From a virus (Duplodnaviria > Heunggongvirae > Uroviricota > Caudoviricetes): 64,000 nt of DNA. A program made the position numbers and the translations under genes. Numbering within the stretch: the stretch's first letter is position 1; every line of letters begins with the position of its first letter. Where the stretch lies: IMG/VR virus record IMGVR_UViG_3300037467_003075, positions 64,001-128,000 of that record, one strand, 5' to 3'. The notes under the pieces are model-generated. The model had not been told where the DNA came from. It did not search any database and saw only the letters and a list, made by a program, of their open reading frames with translations. Of this stretch, positions 1 through 7,025 are shown piece after piece.

Positions 1-488
1 CTAACGATAAAAACCCTTTCTCTATGCTGTGGGATACCATAATCCTTAGCATTCAGCACCTTCCAGTAGTTCCTGTATCCTTCTAGTTCAAGCATGTGTA
101 GCATTGTATTAAATTCAGTTCTAAAATTCTTTCCTGTAAGATTCTTAACATTCTCCATGATTGCATACTTAGGTCTTTTTTCTTTGATAATATTGAATGC
201 ATCGAAGAATAATGTTCCTCGTGGGTCAGAAAACCCATCTTGTCTGCCAGCGATACTAAACGCTTGGCATGGGGGAGAATAGAAAATAAGATCGCAATTA
301 GGAATATCTTTAGGATTAATTGCTGTAATATCTGATGGTTTAAAGTCTGTTCCATGGATAATGTTATAGGACTTGATTGTTTTTTCATCAAATTCGACTG
401 CTTGAACAACCTTATGGTCTATTTTTAGATTCTCCATAGCCTTTCCCCAAGCACCGATACCAGCGAATAACTCTACTACTCTCAACAT
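1..488 (-). CDS. dcm: DNA (cytosine-5) methyltransferase, N-terminal part (runs off window)
   Basis: Manual translation from ATG at 488: MLRVVELFAGIGAWG (motif I), SPPCQAFSIAG (catalytic PCQ), MENVKNL (motif VI), PQHRERVFIV (motif VIII). Not in the ORF track because it is truncated. Confidence 0.92.
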   Translation of the reverse strand, partial: MLRVVELFAGIGAWGKAMENLKIDHKVVQAVEFDEKTIKSYNIIHGTDFKPSDITAINPKDIPNCDLIFYSPPCQAFSIAGRQDGFSDPRGTLFFDAFNIIKEKRPKYAIMENVKNLTGKNFRTEFNTMLHMLELEGYRNYWKVLNAKDYGIPQHRERVFIV

Positions 489-546
489 GAAACTTCCCCT
501 TTGATGCTGCTATATCCCTTCTGCCTAAAGTCGAGATACGTGTTGC

Positions 547-632
547 TATTACTAGGCAGGGTGGCGTATCCTGCATCTCTTCTAACTTGCCGTTGGCAAG
601 CGTGTAGGGAGCCTTTCCTACCTCTAGTAATA
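547..632 (-). ncRNA. Putative structured RNA (four-way junction) directly 3' of tRNA-Ala
   Basis: Closing stem 547-555/624-632 (9 bp) encloses hairpins 556-560/570-574, 586-591/595-600 and 605-608/617-620. Strand is inferred from operon context. Confidence 0.35.
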
Positions 633-634
633 CG

Positions 635-708
635 TGGTGGAGTCTGTGGGAGTCGAACCCAATCTTTCTTCTTGCAAGGAAGACGCTTTTCCGTTAAGCT
701 ACAGCCCC
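635..708 (-). tRNA. tRNA-Ala(UGC), CCA encoded
   Basis: Anticodon arm TCTTC-CTTGCAA-GAAGA, T-loop TTCGACT, G3:U70 present. The acceptor stem pairs fully only with a bulged A. Confidence 0.85.
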
Positions 709-711
709 ATA

Positions 712-785
712 TGGTACGGAATAAGGGAATCGAACCCCTGTAACTAGGATGTAAGCCTAGCGATTTACCACTAATCTAATTCCGT
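712..785 (-). tRNA. tRNA-Val(UAC), CCA encoded
   Basis: Acceptor ACGGAAT/ATTCCGT, anticodon arm CTAGG-CTTACAT-CCTAG, T-loop TTCGATT, ends ACCA. Confidence 0.88.
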
Positions 786-792
786 ATAAAAT

Positions 793-855
793 GTAGATAT
801 AATCTCAGACCTTATCTTGAGTTATATAGCCAGGCGTTTGCGGCGCAATATCTAC
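793..855 (-). ncRNA. Putative small structured RNA between tRNA-Arg and tRNA-Val
   Basis: 8-bp closing stem 793-800/848-855 with two weaker internal hairpins; begins 1 nt after the tRNA-Arg CCA. Confidence 0.3.
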
Positions 856-856
856 G

Positions 857-928
857 TGGCACCCCCAGAGTGAATCGAACACTCTCTCCTTGATTCGTAG
901 TCAAGGGTCTGAATCCAATAGTAGGGGT
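857..928 (-). tRNA. tRNA-Arg(ACG) with shortened D-arm, CCA encoded
   Basis: Acceptor ACCCCTA/TGGGGGT, anticodon arm CTTGA-CTACGAA-TCAAG, T-arm GAGTG-TTCGATT-CACTC. Only 16 nt lie between acceptor and anticodon stems. Confidence 0.75.
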
Positions 929-941
929 ACGTTAGAGGAAG

Positions 942-1283
942 TTAGTCTTCCTCAAGTTTTTCTTCAATTTCTTCTAAGTTTTCATTTACCTTATCTAGCT
1001 TCTTTATCATTTTGGCTATTTCATTTAATAGCTCACGATCTCTTTCACTTGCTTTTTTCTGCGACCACAAAACAAACGGCCCGGTAAAAGCAGCTTGAAT
1101 AGATAAGATTAGGTTCAACAATATGAATGGATATGAGTCAAAGGCTCCCCCACCAGAAAGCGTTTGATATAGGATATATCCAATCACCAGAACCATTTGC
1201 CCAACGATGAATTTACCGCTTCCTACAAAATCAACTACTCTATCAGCGAAGATTTTGTCCTCCTTATTCAATTGTATCACCAC
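942..1283 (-). CDS. DUF1003-like membrane protein
   Basis: Two hydrophobic segments and the motif FDSYPFILLNLILS...SQKKASERDR typical of DUF1003. Confidence 0.8.
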   Translation of the reverse strand: MVIQLNKEDKIFADRVVDFVGSGKFIVGQMVLVIGYILYQTLSGGGAFDSYPFILLNLILSIQAAFTGPFVLWSQKKASERDRELLNEIAKMIKKLDKVNENLEEIEEKLEED

Positions 1284-1297
1284 CTATATTTGGTACG

Positions 1298-1377
1298 TGG
1301 CTCTGGTGGCAAGACTTGAACTTGCAAAACCTTTCGGTTAACAGCCGACTGCTCTACCTAAATTGAGCTACACCAGA
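1298..1377 (-). tRNA. tRNA-Asn(GUU), CCA encoded
   Basis: Acceptor TCTGGTG/CACCAGA, D-arm GCTC/GAGC, loop CTGTTAA, T-arm GCAAG-TTCAAGT-CTTGC. Confidence 0.9.
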
Positions 1378-1407
1378 ATATTAAGCCCTCCGTAGAGGGC
1401 TATAGAA

Positions 1408-2085
1408 TTATCGACTACTTGTTGCTGGAGTATTTTGAACAGTAACTTTGGCCTGTCCTGCCGCTGTAACTGCATTGTTAGCAATTTCTTGCACACGAGC
1501 ATTAGCAGCATTAAGTTCTTTTTGTAGGTTCTCAATTGAACGAACTTGAGTAGTCACTGTTGCTTGGAATGCTTCAAGTTGGCTCTTGTAGATTTGCTCG
1601 GTGGCATTAGTTTGTGCCGCTACAATCTTAGCTTCACCTTCTGCTTCTTTCTTTGCAACCTGATATCCTTTTTTGAATCCTTCATCTTCTGCCGCAAGAA
1701 GAGCCTGTGGAATAGCATCTACTTTATTTTGCAGTACTGAAATCGTCTTTTCAGCATCGCCAATTGCCAATTCGCGTTCTTTGACTTTTGTTTCACGGTC
1801 GGAAACATCTGCTACACGCTTAGCAAGTTCTGCGACAAGCTTATCTTCTCGCTCACGCTTTTCTTTGTTGAATTGATAATTGTCTTCGTCTTTTGTTCGA
1901 GCAAGTTCTTTTTTCCATGTTGCTAGCTGTTCTGCCTTTTCTGCTTCAAACTTAGCTCTTTCTTCTGCAAGCTCTGCTTCAAATGCTTGGCGTTGCTCAT
2001 CAATTACAGCTTGATATGCACCTAGTAATGATGTTTGAGTAGATTGATTTGTTGTTGCTCGTCCTGTCCTTTGTGGTGCTGGCAT
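1408..2085 (-). CDS. Coiled-coil protein of unknown function
   Basis: 225-aa ORF, E/K/A-rich heptad pattern, RBS AGGGGAGAGG upstream. Confidence 0.75.
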   Translation of the reverse strand: MPAPQRTGRATTNQSTQTSLLGAYQAVIDEQRQAFEAELAEERAKFEAEKAEQLATWKKELARTKDEDNYQFNKEKREREDKLVAELAKRVADVSDRETKVKERELAIGDAEKTISVLQNKVDAIPQALLAAEDEGFKKGYQVAKKEAEGEAKIVAAQTNATEQIYKSQLEAFQATVTTQVRSIENLQKELNAANARVQEIANNAVTAAGQAKVTVQNTPATSSR

Positions 2086-2128
2086 CCTTTAAAGACCTCT
2101 CCCTTTGTATGAAATTGTCTTGCACGTA

Positions 2129-2204
2129 TGGTGAGGCTAGGGGGAGTTGAACCCGCCGATTCGGTATTGAAAGTACCGTGTCTTATCCACTTGACCATAA
2201 CCCC
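2129..2204 (-). tRNA. tRNA-Glu(UUC), CCA encoded
   Basis: Acceptor GGGGTTA/TAGCCTC, anticodon arm CGGTA-CTTTCAA-TACCG, T-loop TTCAACT. Confidence 0.88.
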
Positions 2205-2231
2205 ATAATAGAATACTACGTTTGATGAAGT

Positions 2232-2307
2232 TGGTAAGGGATAACGGTACTGCCCCGCTTTCTTGTGGTTCAAAGCCACACGCATTTAACTTTTATGCTA
2301 ATCCCCT
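2232..2307 (-). tRNA. tRNA-Gln(UUG) with non-canonical D- and T-loops, CCA encoded
   Basis: Acceptor AGGGGAT/ATCCCTT, anticodon arm TGTGG-CTTTGAA-CCACA. T-loop is GGCAGTA and the D-loop AAAAGTTAA lacks GG. Confidence 0.8.
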
Positions 2308-2381
2308 ACATATAAATTTTCTGGTCAACTTCATCTTGCTGTCGTTCCTTCATTTTGTTTTCCTCTCTTTCTTATATTACA

Positions 2382-2410
2382 ATTATAATATATTTCCCTC
2401 GATTTGTCAA
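2382..2410 (-). promoter_or_regulatory. Sigma-A promoter for the tRNA/dcm operon
   Basis: TTGACA (2410-2405), 17 bp, TATAAT (2387-2382). Confidence 0.88.
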
Positions 2411-2453
2411 GGAATTAATTTGAAGTTTTTTTATGTGGCCATAGGGGGTCTTA

Positions 2454-2951
2454 TTAAAAAATGAGACCCATCGACCTATTTGTTATTGCTTTATCTCCAA
2501 ATTGTTTTACTGCCTCAATATCGTGTGCCGTTGCCGCTTCCTCGGCTGTAAGATAACATCCTAACCACTTGGTTTTTCCGTCTATCTTAATACATGCCCT
2601 ATATGGCTTTTTTAAATTCCCATAGTAATGAACACCCTTGAATCCACATGTTGCAATTATATTTCTAGGCAATGTTTTATCGGGTCTTCTTGCGGCAGAT
2701 ATATTACATGAATGATGGCTAAATGCGATATTATTTATATCGAAGAAAAGTTCTTCTGGATTTTCACTATCAAGCCAGGGTTCCTTGTGTTCAATTGAAA
2801 AGTTGTTAATATCATTAATTTCTTCGCCGCATTGATAACAGTTTGACATTCCACATTTTTTAGCAAGATTAAAAATAATACTCTTTCTAAGTATGTGACT
2901 AGCCTTGCCAAATGACATACCTAATTGCTCTGATTTTTTTTGATTACTCAT
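2454..2951 (-). CDS. HNH endonuclease with C-terminal AP2 DNA-binding domain (homing-endonuclease-like)
   Basis: CYQCG..SIEHKEP..NIAFSHHSCN HNH module; GFKGVH..YRACIKIDGKTKWLGCYLTAEEAA AP2 module; lies within the tRNA cluster. Confidence 0.82.
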   Translation of the reverse strand: MSNQKKSEQLGMSFGKASHILRKSIIFNLAKKCGMSNCYQCGEEINDINNFSIEHKEPWLDSENPEELFFDINNIAFSHHSCNISAARRPDKTLPRNIIATCGFKGVHYYGNLKKPYRACIKIDGKTKWLGCYLTAEEAATAHDIEAVKQFGDKAITNRSMGLIF

Positions 2952-3001
2952 TTTTAAGCCCTCGCTTTTTTATAGCAATCGTAATATTAAATTACGTGCT
3001 A

Positions 3002-3089
3002 TGTGTCGGACGAGATTTGAACTCGCAAGAGGTCATACCTCTACTACTTTCACAGAGTAGCGTGTACTGCCATTCCCACCACCGACACC
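3002..3089 (-). tRNA. Class II (Leu-like body) tRNA with His anticodon GUG, no encoded CCA
   Basis: GTGTCGG/CCGACAC acceptor, A73, D-loop GGAATGGCAGTA, CTACT-CTGTGAA-AGTAG, variable arm AGAGG-TATGA-CCTCT, T-arm GCGAG-TTCAAAT-CTCGT; a G lies at -1 (3089). Confidence 0.75.
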
Positions 3090-3096
3090 ATGTTTA

Positions 3097-3150
3097 GACC
3101 CTAATTCAATGATTCACAGTCATCTGCGTTACCATTACGCCATAGCCACC
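3097..3150 (-). pseudogene. Truncated tRNA-His(GUG): 5' part only
   Basis: GGTGGCTA (with G-1), D-arm GCG-TAATGGTAA-CGC, GATGA-CTGTGAA-TCATT; no TTC loop or acceptor 3' strand follows. Confidence 0.7.
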
Positions 3151-3262
3151 ATAATATTACAAGTTACTGTGTAGAAACTTATTCTTCTTTGTCTTTTTAT
3201 TAATATGCTATCACTTGAAATTGAATTTTTTAGGGGAGCCGAAAGCCCCCCATTATATTCAA

Positions 3263-4756
3263 TTAGGCATTAATCACACTGTAGCGTTCCTTAGTTAGTG
3301 TACTCATCATCAACTCGTATGCGCTCAGTGTTTTAAGTTTCAAGATGTTTGTGAAGTTGTTAGCAGATGCACCAGAAACCAATTGTACACCTTCGTCTGT
3401 CATCTTAGCTGGTTGGTTTCCTGTGTAAGCATTCACATTCCAGAAAACAAGACTTGGCATTTGATATCCTGCATTCTCATATCGTTGGCGAATTTCATCA
3501 AACAACTTGCTTTGATTTCTCTCGCCACCACGCGCCGAATCAAACTGCATGTCAGAAATGATGATGATGCGGTCAATCATTTCATCTTGAGAAACTTTAT
3601 TTACAATCGCTGTGTTCAAAATCAAGTCAAACACGGCTTCAATATTTGTGTTAGAACCCCAATCTGCTTTCGCCATGTTACGAACTTTCTCGCATACACC
3701 TGTACCCTGCAACTCAACCAACTGAGGTCTGCCGCTGAAAGTGATGAAGTGATTATGGAACTGTCCTCTGTTTCGTTCCGCCGCGTAGATACCAAGAGAC
3801 ACAGCAATTTGAATTGGCAAGCCACGCATAGAGCCACTCGTATCAGCTACAACGATTGAGTTATCTGCATCTTTGCCGAAGTAGTCTGGTAGGTTATTCC
3901 ATAGTGTATTGATTGCGTCTTCTTGATTAGCAGGAAGTCTACGAGTCCCAGGATTATAAACACTTCCCGTTGTCTCCATTTGGCCTGTGAACAAATCGCG
4001 AATTACTTCGTATGGATACAAAGTCTTAGTGTTTACTTTTACTTCGCCTTTCTTCAACGAGTTAAGGAAACTTGTATATCCATCAAGATCGTGATTGAAG
4101 AACGCTTGACGGTATTTGTTTCCCGCTTGCGAAGGAAGCTTACTGTACTCAATATGAGTCCATTCGTTAGCACTCATCTTAGACTCAACAATTTGAATAC
4201 GGGCGCGAAGACTAGAAAGAGACTTGCGGTATTGTCGTGGAGATAATCCAAGATACTTACGAGTAAGTTTTGCAAGTTGCTTTGTCTCGTAAGACGATGC
4301 GTTTTCAGATTTCAGCCACTTACCAAGTAACGATGGATTTTGTGAATCAATATCCTGGTAGAACTGGCGTGTAATTACATTAAAAGCTTCTGTTTCAAGT
4401 CGTGTGCCAACAAAAGCATACATATCGTCCCAACGACCAAAAACTGGAACCCAAATCAGGTTTTGTTTCATTGAATCCGTGTGATAATCTGCCAAGTAGC
4501 GAGTAAGTACACGGAATGTGTTTCTTTCACCTTGCCCTTCGCGGACATCACGAAAATAGAACAGTGCACGAAGAGCAAGTGTAGCATCTTCTGCGAACGC
4601 TTTTGTGAAGCTAGCAATTTTATTAGAATCGCTCATGCTTCGCATTGCGCCACCTTGCGCAAAAAAGTCAAGTAATGCGCTTCCTGTAGTTGCGTTTACT
4701 TTTGCGCCGTTTGCTGTGTACGCAACGTTAGCTGCATTTTTCAAGTAGTTTAACAT
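3263..4756 (-). CDS. DUF2828-family TROVE-like protein with C-terminal vWA (MIDAS) domain
   Basis: TANGA..TTGSALLDFF, FRDVREGQGER, FGRWDD, KWLKSE, VADTSGSM (MIDAS DxSxS), TNIEAVF, IISDMQFD, VFWNV. Confidence 0.85.
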   Translation of the reverse strand: MLNYLKNAANVAYTANGAKVNATTGSALLDFFAQGGAMRSMSDSNKIASFTKAFAEDATLALRALFYFRDVREGQGERNTFRVLTRYLADYHTDSMKQNLIWVPVFGRWDDMYAFVGTRLETEAFNVITRQFYQDIDSQNPSLLGKWLKSENASSYETKQLAKLTRKYLGLSPRQYRKSLSSLRARIQIVESKMSANEWTHIEYSKLPSQAGNKYRQAFFNHDLDGYTSFLNSLKKGEVKVNTKTLYPYEVIRDLFTGQMETTGSVYNPGTRRLPANQEDAINTLWNNLPDYFGKDADNSIVVADTSGSMRGLPIQIAVSLGIYAAERNRGQFHNHFITFSGRPQLVELQGTGVCEKVRNMAKADWGSNTNIEAVFDLILNTAIVNKVSQDEMIDRIIIISDMQFDSARGGERNQSKLFDEIRQRYENAGYQMPSLVFWNVNAYTGNQPAKMTDEGVQLVSGASANNFTNILKLKTLSAYELMMSTLTKERYSVINA

Positions 4757-4786
4757 TTTAAATCCCTCTCCTTTGTGATTTTTTAC

Positions 4787-5126
4787 AAGACGCAGAAATA
4801 ATTAATAGTTTTTCATATACTATGTATTTTTTCTGCTGTTCGCGTCTTTTACTAGGCACTAAAATGGTCGAAAGGTTATCTAATCAAATGTTTGATAATG
4901 GTTTCGGAATTTTAGTTTTGCTGTTTGTGCCTGTTAAAATCAGCGAGGAAACTAGGCGGCGGTATTAACGGAAATCCAATAAGACCCACCATTTGACACA
5001 TAAAATAATAATCTGTAAGATTTTCTTGTTCATTTTATTATCTGCTGTGGCCGCCTAACGTTTTACTAGACGCAATTAACTTTTATCATCCCATGAATAA
5101 GTTTTGTGTTTTGCTGTTTGCGTCTA
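4787..5126 (-). repeat. Four tandem structured units: stem - ACAGCA - variable hairpin - stem'
   Basis: Units 5067-5126, 4953-5057, 4854-4932, 4787-4848. ACAGCA at 5112-5117, 5043-5048, 4919-4924, 4834-4839. Closing stems of 8, 8, 6 and 7 bp differ in sequence but all pair. Confidence 0.8.
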
Positions 5127-5138
5127 CTTTGTATTTAT

Positions 5139-5167
5139 ATTATACATGAATTATAACCTTTTGTCAA
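5139..5167 (-). promoter_or_regulatory. Sigma-A promoter driving the ACAGCA array and DUF2828 gene
   Basis: TTGACA (5167-5162), 17 bp, TATAAT (5144-5139); predicted start ~5132, just before unit 1. Confidence 0.9.
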
Positions 5168-5264
5168 GGATAAACTTTTGCAATGCTGACCAATCTTCTT
5201 TTTGCTTTAATTTCAGAATAAAATTGGCGTTTTTCTCGTATTGTTTCCTTTTCTCACTTCGCAA
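5151..5264 (-). CDS. Small 37-aa ORF (MRSEKRKQYEKNANFILKLKQKEDWSALQKFILDKRL)
   Basis: TTG start behind AAGGGGTG RBS, directly downstream of the 5302-5330 promoter. Confidence 0.45.
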   Translation of the reverse strand: MRSEKRKQYEKNANFILKLKQKEDWSALQKFILDKRL

Positions 5265-5301
5265 GTTAATCACCCCTTGCAAAAAGTTATCTTATATTTG
5301 T

Positions 5302-5330
5302 ATTATATAATAGCTTTTAAAATTTGTCAA
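5302..5330 (-). promoter_or_regulatory. Sigma-A promoter
   Basis: TTGACA (5330-5325), 17 bp, TATAAT (5307-5302). Confidence 0.85.
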
Positions 5331-5337
5331 GGATAAA

Positions 5338-6123
5338 TCAATATAGTTTTCCTTTGAGTGCCAGTTCTAATAAATCTGTAGGATAGAAAATTGTTACCGA
5401 ATTGAAATCCTGTAATATGTTGCTCATTTGCTTCTGAGTTCTCGAATCATGATATGTATTAGATGTTAAAATCTGATGTCTAACAGGAGGTATGTCATCC
5501 CTGTCCGTTTCCCTAACTCTCCAGCTGTATCTAAGCTCTATCTTCTTCGGCGGTACAGCCCTATGAATATGGTTAGAGAATGTATAAATCCTACATGGTT
5601 CAATACTCTTTGGAACTATATTTAATTCCTCATGATGATCTCCTAAGTATTTCGAAAACTCCATCCTGTCCAACTTATTAGCTATATCGCCTTTTATTTT
5701 TAGGGGATGCGCGGCAAATTCAGTTAGAGCTGTAGTGTGTGCAATAAACAGATGGACAGTCTCAATTGGCTCTATATGCTCCTTAGAGCCGTCATAATAA
5801 AAACCATCAACATGCCATTCTCTGTCATTGTCATTGTCTGAGCGTGAAGTTGTCATGGTTCTCATTTCGGGATGCACAAGGTGGACGGAAGAAAGAACAG
5901 TGACATGCTTCCTGTTATTTTTAATCGGTGTTTTTCTTAGGAGTTCTTTCTGAAACTCACTGCCATACTTCCATACCGTGTCTGCTTCTGCCACCATAAA
6001 CATAGGATGCATTAATAGCTCAGCAATATCTGGGGTTTCTATCTTTTCGCTAACTTCTTCTGGAAAACCAGGTGTAATAAACATATGCCTATGCTCTGCC
6101 TCCGCTATCAGTGTGACTTGCAA
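5338..6123 (-). CDS. Putative 2OG-Fe(II) oxygenase-like protein
   Basis: WHVDG (HxD), distal HIHRA His and RYSWRVR in the spacing expected of a double-stranded beta-helix oxygenase; overlaps the upstream gene. Confidence 0.55.
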   Translation of the reverse strand: MQVTLIAEAEHRHMFITPGFPEEVSEKIETPDIAELLMHPMFMVAEADTVWKYGSEFQKELLRKTPIKNNRKHVTVLSSVHLVHPEMRTMTTSRSDNDNDREWHVDGFYYDGSKEHIEPIETVHLFIAHTTALTEFAAHPLKIKGDIANKLDRMEFSKYLGDHHEELNIVPKSIEPCRIYTFSNHIHRAVPPKKIELRYSWRVRETDRDDIPPVRHQILTSNTYHDSRTQKQMSNILQDFNSVTIFYPTDLLELALKGKLY

Positions 6124-7025
6124 TTTTCAAGTCCATGATATTTCCACTTCTCAGTAAAAGGAAATTTTAGACCGTTAGGTGCTTCTTCTGGGAAGAAAGA
6201 ACCTTCCCTCTGAACAACATAATTTGGATAACAAGTGACTGTATTCGTCTCAATTTTAAACACAGGCGTTGTTATGTATCCAATCCCCTTTAATGCATTC
6301 CACTCTCTAGGTAGGGATAATAATTCTCTTAGGTCATCCATTTCACTTTCATAACCTAAATCAATTGCTAACTGCTCCCATTCCTTACCTACTCTAATCG
6401 ATTCTTCGCAGTCACAAGAACAAGGGATGTGTGGAATAATCTTCACACCAATGTATCGCATATCATTAGATGTTTGCCACGGCAAATCAGGTTTGAATTT
6501 AATCAAATTCTCATTGCTTCGCTTTACATATTGCAGTGATGTCGATTCCGCTTGTTGCCAGATGGGGTCAATATATCCGTTTGCCCATCTTTCATTAAAG
6601 GCTTGGATGCAACACTCTGGATAGCCAAGTAGCTTTCCTAGCTCATCATGGTTACTTATCAACGAGTTTTCAGCAAAAGATAAGGCATCTTCCCTCGTTC
6701 TGGCTAGTGAGCAGAAATAAGTGTATGGCTTGCCCTCCCTATATGGAGGATGGTAATGAGAAAATCCACTGTAGGAACCGACTCGTCTTATTGGCTGCAA
6801 AATTATTCCTTCTCTTGCGAATTTTAAAGACACCGCCGCAAAATCATCGCTGCCACTGACATGGTAAGTTGTTGCTTTCCTAAGACCATGCTTCACTGAC
6901 TCATATTCCAACACCCTATACAATTCTCTTGCGTTCTTTACCTTTTCTTCCCACTTTTGCTTAATGGAGTCACCAGCGTAAGTTACCCTTGCGACTGGGG
7001 GCATACGAAAATCAAGCAGTTTCAT
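6108..7025 (-). CDS. DUF483-like Cys/His-motif protein
   Basis: LGKLLGYPECC and HIPCSCDC motifs; translationally coupled to the radical SAM gene. Confidence 0.5.
   Translation of the reverse strand: MKLLDFRMPPVARVTYAGDSIKQKWEEKVKNARELYRVLEYESVKHGLRKATTYHVSGSDDFAAVSLKFAREGIILQPIRRVGSYSGFSHYHPPYREGKPYTYFCSLARTREDALSFAENSLISNHDELGKLLGYPECCIQAFNERWANGYIDPIWQQAESTSLQYVKRSNENLIKFKPDLPWQTSNDMRYIGVKIIPHIPCSCDCEESIRVGKEWEQLAIDLGYESEMDDLRELLSLPREWNALKGIGYITTPVFKIETNTVTCYPNYVVQREGSFFPEEAPNGLKFPFTEKWKYHGLENCKSH

Noticed and set aside
793-855. Resemblance of GCAAA..GCC..GGCTA to a c-di-GMP-I riboswitch
   Set aside because: The GGCAAA/GAAA-tetraloop-receptor architecture and P1 are missing; the similarity is superficial.
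2337-2342. Another ACAGCA just downstream of the tRNA promoter
   Set aside because: No complementary closing stem found; probably chance.
3230-3252. GC-rich hairpin after DUF2828 as a terminator
   Set aside because: On the transcribed (minus) strand it is followed by an A-run, not a U-run; more likely a stability or processing hairpin.
4787-5126. ACAGCA array read as a CRISPR or mini-CRISPR array
   Set aside because: The units are not identical direct repeats, internal lengths vary widely (60-105 nt units), the shared feature is secondary structure, and no cas gene is present in the window.
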